Positions 58,667-64,000 of a stretch of DNA of 64,000 nt are shown in pieces. The stretch is from an uncultured Planctomycetia bacterium. Its GTDB lineage: Bacteria; Omnitrophota; Gorgyraeia; 2-02-FULL-51-18. The notes beneath the pieces were generated by a model. That model did not search any database, had not been told where the DNA came from, and was given only the letters and a program-made list of their open reading frames with translations. Within the stretch, counting starts at the first letter, position 1, and each line of letters begins with the position of its first letter. Made by a program: the position numbers and the translations under genes. The stretch covers positions 18,124 to 82,123 of the forward strand of contig CAYODQ010000001.1 of the NCBI GenBank assembly GCA_964402785.1, given 5' to 3'.

Positions 58667-59215
58667 ATGTCAGCAGTCGAAACAAAGAACGGAAATTCGC
58701 TTCAAGTAGGTCAGTCTGTGCCTAATTTTGCCGCACAAGCTTTGATGGGTGATGGAAGCTTCAAAGAAGTGAAGTTGTCGGATTATAAAGGAAAATGGGT
58801 TGTCCTTTTCTTCTATCCGCTGGACTTTACCTTTGTTTGCCCCACTGAGATCCAGGGTTTCAACAAGAACTATCAAGAATTCAAAAAGATGAACACCGAG
58901 ATCCTTGGCGCATCCACGGACAGTGTTTATTCTCACAAAGCATGGACCGAGCAGGCGCTTGGGAAGGTCCAGTTCCCGATCTTGGGAGACACTAGCCACT
59001 CTGTCGCGCGCTGTTTCAATGTTCTCTTGGAAGACAAGGGAATTGCGCTTCGCGGGACATTTGTGATCGATCCCAACGGTATTTTAAAGTCAGCCGTTGT
59101 CAATGACCTGCCCGTGGGTCGCAGCATCGAAGAGACTCTGCGCACGGTTCAAGCTTTGCAAACCGGCAAGCTTACGGGTTGTGGTTGGAAGCCCGGCGAA
59201 AAAACCCTAAACTAG
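58667..59215 (+). CDS. ahpC: Peroxiredoxin (AhpC/Prx1)
   Basis: FYPLDFTFVCPTE, RGTFVIDP, GRSIEE. Confidence 0.93.
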   Translation: MSAVETKNGNSLQVGQSVPNFAAQALMGDGSFKEVKLSDYKGKWVVLFFYPLDFTFVCPTEIQGFNKNYQEFKKMNTEILGASTDSVYSHKAWTEQALGKVQFPILGDTSHSVARCFNVLLEDKGIALRGTFVIDPNGILKSAVVNDLPVGRSIEETLRTVQALQTGKLTGCGWKPGEKTLN

Positions 59216-59248
59216 TTTTTGGGTTTGTATTGACCGGATAATAATTGT

Positions 59249-59278
59249 GTAGGGGCACGGCATATGTCGTGCCCCTAC
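59249..59278. repeat. GTAG-type REP-like palindrome
   Basis: GTAGGGGCACGGCA-TA-TGTCGTGCCCCTAC. Confidence 0.75.
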
Positions 59279-59290
59279 TTCGTTTAGAAA

Positions 59291-60616
59291 ATGTCTGATA
59301 AAAAACTCATCGCACTCACGATTTTAAACCGCCTGCGCTCCCAAGGCTACGAAGCCTATTTTGTAGGCGGCTGTGTGCGGGATCTTCTGCTTAAAAAAAC
59401 TCCCAAAGATTTTGATATCGCTACCAATGCCACTCCAGACGTGGTGCAAAAATTATTTACCAGGACAGTGCCTGTGGGCGTGCAATTTGGTGTGGTCTTG
59501 GTGATGGAGGAGGGCTTGTCTTTTGAGGTCGCTACTTTTCGATCCGACAAAGGCTATCAGGATGGGCGTCATCCCAGCAAGATCGAATTCACCAATGCAA
59601 AAGAGGATGCGGTCCGTCGCGATTTTACGGTCAACGGCTTATTTTATGATCCGATCGGGAAAAAAGTTTTGGATTGGGTGGGCGGCGAGAAAGATCTGAA
59701 AAAGAGACTCATTCGTGCGATCGGGGATCCGAAGAAGCGATTTTCTGAGGACAAGCTTAGGATGTTGCGTGCTGTGCGTTTTGCCAGCGTCCTGGGATTT
59801 AAGATCGATCCAAAAACCATGGCATCCGTGCGCGCTTTAGCGCCACAGATCAAAGTGGTTAGCCAGGAACGTATTCGGGAAGAGCTTGTCAAAATGTTCA
59901 CAGGCCCTGATCCTGGCGGAGCACTTCGTCTCTTGGATAAGTCGGGTCTTTTAAAAGAGGTGCTTCCGGAAGTTGAGAAAATGAAAGGCGTGCAGCAGCC
60001 GAGGCAATTTCACCCCGAAGGTGATGTGTTTAAGCATACTTTGATGTTGATGGATCAGCTTAAGAGCCCAAGCGTTGTTTTGGCGTTTGGCTGTCTATTA
60101 CACGATGTGGGAAAGCCTGCCACTTTCAAGCGTCTAGACCGGATACGATTCAATGGCCATGATCGCGTGGGCGCTCGCATGACGGAGACGATCCTGACCC
60201 GTCTGCGTTTTTCAAATGATCTCAAAGAGCAGATCGTGGCTTGTGTCGACGGGCATATGCGATTCAAGGATGTAAAGCAGATGAAGCAAAGCACACTCAA
60301 GAAGTTCATGCAGCGGCCTACCTTTGATACCGAGCTCACTCAGCACAAGATAGATTGTCTTGCTAGTCATGGCGATATCTCGAACTGGCGTTTTTTAAAG
60401 AAGAAGCTCAGCGAATTCAGCGCAGAGCAGATCAGGCCTATTCCGCTCTTGAACGGTAAGGACCTGATCCAGTTGGGCTACAAAGAAGGGCCTCAGATCG
60501 GACAGATCTTAAAAGCGGTCGAAGAAAGACAATTGGAAGGACAGTTGGACAAAAAAGAAGATGCGACTGCGTGGGTTCAGAAACAATATAAAAGAGTTAA
60601 ACCAAGCGGGGGATGA
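59291..60616 (+). CDS. cca: CCA-adding enzyme / tRNA nucleotidyltransferase with HD domain
   Basis: VGGCVRD..DFDIAT, RRDFTVN, EDKLRMLRAVRF, HPEGDV..H, LLHDVGK. Confidence 0.88.
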   Translation: MSDKKLIALTILNRLRSQGYEAYFVGGCVRDLLLKKTPKDFDIATNATPDVVQKLFTRTVPVGVQFGVVLVMEEGLSFEVATFRSDKGYQDGRHPSKIEFTNAKEDAVRRDFTVNGLFYDPIGKKVLDWVGGEKDLKKRLIRAIGDPKKRFSEDKLRMLRAVRFASVLGFKIDPKTMASVRALAPQIKVVSQERIREELVKMFTGPDPGGALRLLDKSGLLKEVLPEVEKMKGVQQPRQFHPEGDVFKHTLMLMDQLKSPSVVLAFGCLLHDVGKPATFKRLDRIRFNGHDRVGARMTETILTRLRFSNDLKEQIVACVDGHMRFKDVKQMKQSTLKKFMQRPTFDTELTQHKIDCLASHGDISNWRFLKKKLSEFSAEQIRPIPLLNGKDLIQLGYKEGPQIGQILKAVEERQLEGQLDKKEDATAWVQKQYKRVKPSGG

Positions 60617-61239
60617 TGATGCCAAGGATTATTTTGCAGGGCGGATGGGTGATGATCCCTATTATTTTGGGGTCGGTCGTGGCGTTGGGTTTTGTGCTGG
60701 AAAGAGCCTGGTATTTCTCTTCGATCCGGTTGAATCTTCAGAGATTTACAGATGAAATTTTTTCATCTGTAAAACAGGGGCGATTGGATGATGCGGTAGA
60801 ACTTTGCCGGAAGACAAGGCATCCATTGGGCCGCGTATTCGAGCAAGGCCTAGCGTACGCTGATGAAGATCGGGATGAGATCGAACGGATCATGGAGCGC
60901 GAAGGAAACCGCCAGATCTTGCTGGTCGAAAAAAACCTGACTTCCCTTGTGGTGGTGATCGGCGTTGAGCCCCTGCTGGGGTTTTTGGGCACTATCCTGG
61001 GTTTGATCCAGGCTTTCATGGTTTGGGAGAAATTCTCAACCTCGGTCACCGTGAGTACACTCGCTGCCGGTATCTATCAGGCCATGATCACAACAGCGGC
61101 CGGACTCATCGTGGCGATCCCGTATTACGTGATCTACAATATTTTTCTCTCCAAGGTGAATTCTACGGCTCGCGATATCAATCATTATGGTGATGAGCTG
61201 ATCAGTGTTCTTGTGAAACTTAAAAAGGTATCAAAATGA
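60613..61239 (+). CDS. MotA/TolQ/ExbB proton channel protein
   Basis: PLLGFLGTILGLI, GIYQAMITTAAGL.VAIP. Confidence 0.92.
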   Translation: MMMPRIILQGGWVMIPIILGSVVALGFVLERAWYFSSIRLNLQRFTDEIFSSVKQGRLDDAVELCRKTRHPLGRVFEQGLAYADEDRDEIERIMEREGNRQILLVEKNLTSLVVVIGVEPLLGFLGTILGLIQAFMVWEKFSTSVTVSTLAAGIYQAMITTAAGLIVAIPYYVIYNIFLSKVNSTARDINHYGDELISVLVKLKKVSK

Positions 61240-61658
61240 AGGTTCAGGTATCCAAAAAATCGTTTCTATCCCTCGAATCGGTTGCCATGACGGATATCGT
61301 GATGAATTTATTCATATTCTTTTTTATCAGCTTTAGCTTGCTTTACACATTCAATCCCAACAAAGAATCCAAGATCGAGGTCAAGCTTCCCGAGGGCGTC
61401 ACTCAAAAGGAAGGGAAATCGGAAGAGCCTCTTGTGATATCGATCACCGCAGGAAACGAGATCTTTGTGGGGTCTACCCGCGTATTGCCCGACGCCATCA
61501 AAAAAGAAATAGAAAAAAGAAGTCCTTCCGAAAAAAAATCAGGGGTCCTGGTCAAATCCGATAAATCCGCCTCGGTGGATTATCTGGTCAAAGCTCTGGA
61601 CGCCGCCAAACAAGCCGGAATTCAGAAGCTAGGCGTCGCCATCCAACAGCAAGGGTAA
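61236..61658 (+). CDS. ExbD/TolR family protein
   Basis: MTDIVMNLFIFF, VKLP, KSDK...LDAAKQAG. Confidence 0.9.
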   Translation: MKVQVSKKSFLSLESVAMTDIVMNLFIFFFISFSLLYTFNPNKESKIEVKLPEGVTQKEGKSEEPLVISITAGNEIFVGSTRVLPDAIKKEIEKRSPSEKKSGVLVKSDKSASVDYLVKALDAAKQAGIQKLGVAIQQQG

Positions 61659-61662
61659 CAGA

Positions 61663-61790
61663 TAATAATCAGCTTAAAAGCCTCAGATGCGAGGCGCGAG
61701 AGAGCGAGCGAGGAGGCGCTATGGTAATAGCGTCGCACAAGCGAACGAGCTGTGTAACGACGCAGATGAGGCTTTTTGAGCTGATTATTA
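61663..61790. repeat. Hairpin/MITE-like element family 1, copy b (empty site)
   Basis: IR TAATAATCAGCTTAAAAGCCTCA / TGAGGCTTTTTGAGCTGATTATTA; inverted homolog of 12231-12387 without the 20-bp palindrome. Confidence 0.88.
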
Positions 61791-61897
61791 AGATTTGTTA
61801 AAAATTAGTGTAAATCTGTTAAAAGATATGGTAGAATTCTGAAGATATAGGAAGCCAGCTTGGTCACGGCAAACTTTTAGGAGAAAAGAGGAACCAT

Positions 61898-62131
61898 ATG
61901 CCAGAAGACAGAGAGAGTAAGGATAAGAAACCACAGCGTACCCAGATCATGACGCTCAAGGAAGTGGCGAAATATTTGGGCGTTCATTCGATGACGGTGT
62001 ATCGCCTTTTAAAAGAAAAGAAGTTGCCTGGATTCAAAGTGGGCGGCCAATGGCGCACCAAGAAAGAAGTGCTGGATAATTACCTGCTTCGGGAAATCGA
62101 AAAAAACCCGCAAGAATTCAAAAAAAAGTAA
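61898..62131 (+). CDS. Excisionase-like HTH_17 DNA-binding protein
   Basis: IMTLKEVAKYLGV..MTVYRL....KLPGFKVGGQWR. Confidence 0.9.
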   Translation: MPEDRESKDKKPQRTQIMTLKEVAKYLGVHSMTVYRLLKEKKLPGFKVGGQWRTKKEVLDNYLLREIEKNPQEFKKK

Positions 62132-62143
62132 TATAGCTCTTCT

Positions 62144-63052
62144 ATGGAAGTTCGCATGAAGTCACCTCTGACTTCAGCGGAGAGGATCCGTCGAGTCAAG
62201 GTCATCCTATGGGTGACTCTGATCCTCAACTGGGGCACCGCTCTCCTGAAGATCACTTATGGGTGGGCGACTCATACCATGGTCATCACGGCTGACGGAT
62301 TTCATTCCTTGTCGGATGGCACTTCGAATATCATCGGGCTTATTGCGATCGCGATATCCGGCCACCCAGCTGACGAAAATCATCCCTATGGCCATGAAAA
62401 GTACGAGACCATGGCGTCTATTGTTATTGCGATGCTGCTTCTGGTGGTTTCTTATGGCATTTTTTATCAGGCGTTTTTGGGTCTTCAAAATCCTCGTCAA
62501 CCGGAAGTAACCCCGCTTAGCTTTATCCTGATGGGCGGTACTTTATTGGTGAATATCTTGATCGTTTGTATGGAGAGATGGGGAGCCAAGGAATTCCAGA
62601 GCGAGATCTTGCACAGCGATTCATGGCATACCCTGACAGATATTTTTATTACGATGGGTATTTTTGTAGCGCTGGCAGCTATACGTTTCAATATACCCAT
62701 CCTTGACCCGCTTTTCTCAATGTTGATAGCTGGGATCATTGCGTATGTCGCTTTTCGTATTTTAAAGCAAAGCTCCGATGTGTTGTGCGATAAGGCTGTG
62801 TTTTCGACGGACGACATCGAGACAATAGTTCGGAAAGTGCCAGGTGTTTCGGATTGCCACGAGATACGGACTCGAGGGAAAAATCACGCCGGTTATGTGG
62901 ATCTGCATGTTTTGGTCGACCCCCACATGTCGGTGCAAGAATCTCATCGCTTGGCAAATATCATCGAGCGTGATATTAAAGAGGGACTGCCGGGCGTGCT
63001 GGATGTGGTGGTGCATATAGAACCCACCACGCACGACCATGATGAGCTATAA
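62144..63052 (+). CDS. Cation diffusion facilitator family transporter
   Basis: ADGFHSLSD, HPYGHEK, HTLTD, VHIEP. Confidence 0.92.
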   Translation: MEVRMKSPLTSAERIRRVKVILWVTLILNWGTALLKITYGWATHTMVITADGFHSLSDGTSNIIGLIAIAISGHPADENHPYGHEKYETMASIVIAMLLLVVSYGIFYQAFLGLQNPRQPEVTPLSFILMGGTLLVNILIVCMERWGAKEFQSEILHSDSWHTLTDIFITMGIFVALAAIRFNIPILDPLFSMLIAGIIAYVAFRILKQSSDVLCDKAVFSTDDIETIVRKVPGVSDCHEIRTRGKNHAGYVDLHVLVDPHMSVQESHRLANIIERDIKEGLPGVLDVVVHIEPTTHDHDEL

Positions 63053-63081
63053 TAAGTAACATTCTAAATATTAGGGAACTT

Positions 63082-63450
63082 ATGACAGAAAAAAAGCTTT
63101 TAGTGATCGATGATGAGCCCAATTTTGCCGAGATGATATCGGAGTATTTCAAGTCAAAGGGTTATGATGCGCGCATGGCACTCAATCTGGAAGATGCGAT
63201 CAATGTATTTCGCACTCTGAAGCCCAAGGTTGTGCTGCTGGATTTCAATATGCCCATGGTGACGGGTGACAAATTTTTACCCATTCTTCAGACCATGAAC
63301 CCGCTTGTGAAGATCATCGTCGTGACGGGCATGATCCAAGAAGAGGTAGAGGAGAAATTCAAAGGCCTGGGGTATTATGGTTTTTTTGAAAAAGGAACCA
63401 CGCCCTTGGAAAAAATGCTCCAGAAGGTCAACGAGGCTTTGGAGGCCTAG
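63082..63450 (+). CDS. Single-domain response regulator
   Basis: LVIDDE, LLDFNMP, VTG, FEK. Confidence 0.88.
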   Translation: MTEKKLLVIDDEPNFAEMISEYFKSKGYDARMALNLEDAINVFRTLKPKVVLLDFNMPMVTGDKFLPILQTMNPLVKIIVVTGMIQEEVEEKFKGLGYYGFFEKGTTPLEKMLQKVNEALEA

Positions 63451-63453
63451 TCT

Positions 63454-64000
63454 ATGAAGAGGCTTGGGATCATTCTATTTGTTGTTATCGTGGTTTTTTT
63501 TACTTTCCTGGTTGGCAAAAATCTGCTTGCCAAGTCTTTACTGGCAGGCGGCCTCTCACAAGCGGCTCATGTGCCGGTTAGCATCGGAAGCACTCGTGTT
63601 GAGCTTAAAAACGCAAAAATTAGCCTAAAAGATCTTCGTGTTAAGAATCCTCGCGGCTTCCATGAGGATTTGATGCTGGATGCGCCCGAGATAGCCATTG
63701 ATTTTGATCTGAAAGCGTTTTGGCAGGGGAAAACCCATTTTCAAGAAGTCCGGCTGGACTTGTCGGAGCTTGTGGTGATCCGTAACCGTGATGGGCAGCT
63801 CAATGTGGATGCATTGAGGCCTAAAGATACATCTCGCAAAGAGTCAGGGCAACAGGCCTCTTCCGCTAAGACCGCAACGCCCAAATTCCTTATCGATAAG
63901 CTCATTTTGACGGTCGGCAAGGTGACCTATAAAGATTATTCGGTGGGTCCCGAGCCGGCTATTCAAGAGTTCAATGTGGGTATCCGGGGTCGTGAATACA
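63454..64000 (+). CDS. AsmA-like protein, 3' truncated by window edge
   Basis: Not in the ORF track (no stop in window); translates MKRLGIILFVVIVVFF...LKDLRVKNPRGF...VIRNRDGQLNV. Confidence 0.7.
   Translation, partial: MKRLGIILFVVIVVFFTFLVGKNLLAKSLLAGGLSQAAHVPVSIGSTRVELKNAKISLKDLRVKNPRGFHEDLMLDAPEIAIDFDLKAFWQGKTHFQEVRLDLSELVVIRNRDGQLNVDALRPKDTSRKESGQQASSAKTATPKFLIDKLILTVGKVTYKDYSVGPEPAIQEFNVGIRGREY

Noticed and set aside
61898-62131. Prophage or ICE suggested by excisionase-like HTH genes
   Set aside because: No integrase, att-like repeats or phage genes; both HTH genes sit among housekeeping genes.
189-63040. Numerous short antisense or alternative-frame ORFs in the track
   Set aside because: They are shadows of well-supported genes and show no motifs of their own.

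Overview
A gene-dense, mostly + strand chromosomal segment. It is probably from a PVC-superphylum bacterium such as Ca. Omnitrophota; this is an inference from the rho-rpmE-prfA-prmC and rpsP-trmD-rplS-rnhB (no rimM) gene order. Contents are mainly housekeeping: gatAB, ctpA, tsaD, polA, glgA, coaE, rho, rpmE, prfA, prmC, murA, rpsP, trmD, rplS, rnhB, guaA, rarA, livKHMGF, a D,D-carboxypeptidase, maf, greA, dusB, typA, a pseudouridine synthase, mgtE, ahpC, a CCA-type enzyme and exbBD-like genes. There are also signalling genes (two histidine kinases, response regulators, a PAS-PP2C phosphatase, three tandem PilZ proteins) and surface-glycan genes. I saw no rRNA, tRNA, CRISPR array, integrase or transposase. 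The most interesting signal is intergenic: several families of long imperfect hairpin elements. Two families occur twice (12231-12387 with 61663-61790, and 21731-22031 with 22077-22348) and show compensatory stem changes with conserved bulges. In each pair, one copy carries a clean 20-bp palindrome CCTGCCTGCCG(G/A)CAGGCAGG that the other copy lacks, which suggests a tiny mobile palindrome nesting in larger hairpin elements. Other oddities: a second Rho lacking the RNA-binding domain, a probable CTG start for trmD, a membrane-tethered excisionase-type HTH protein, a secreted DKKxC-repeat Cys-rich peptide and several apparently leaderless genes.
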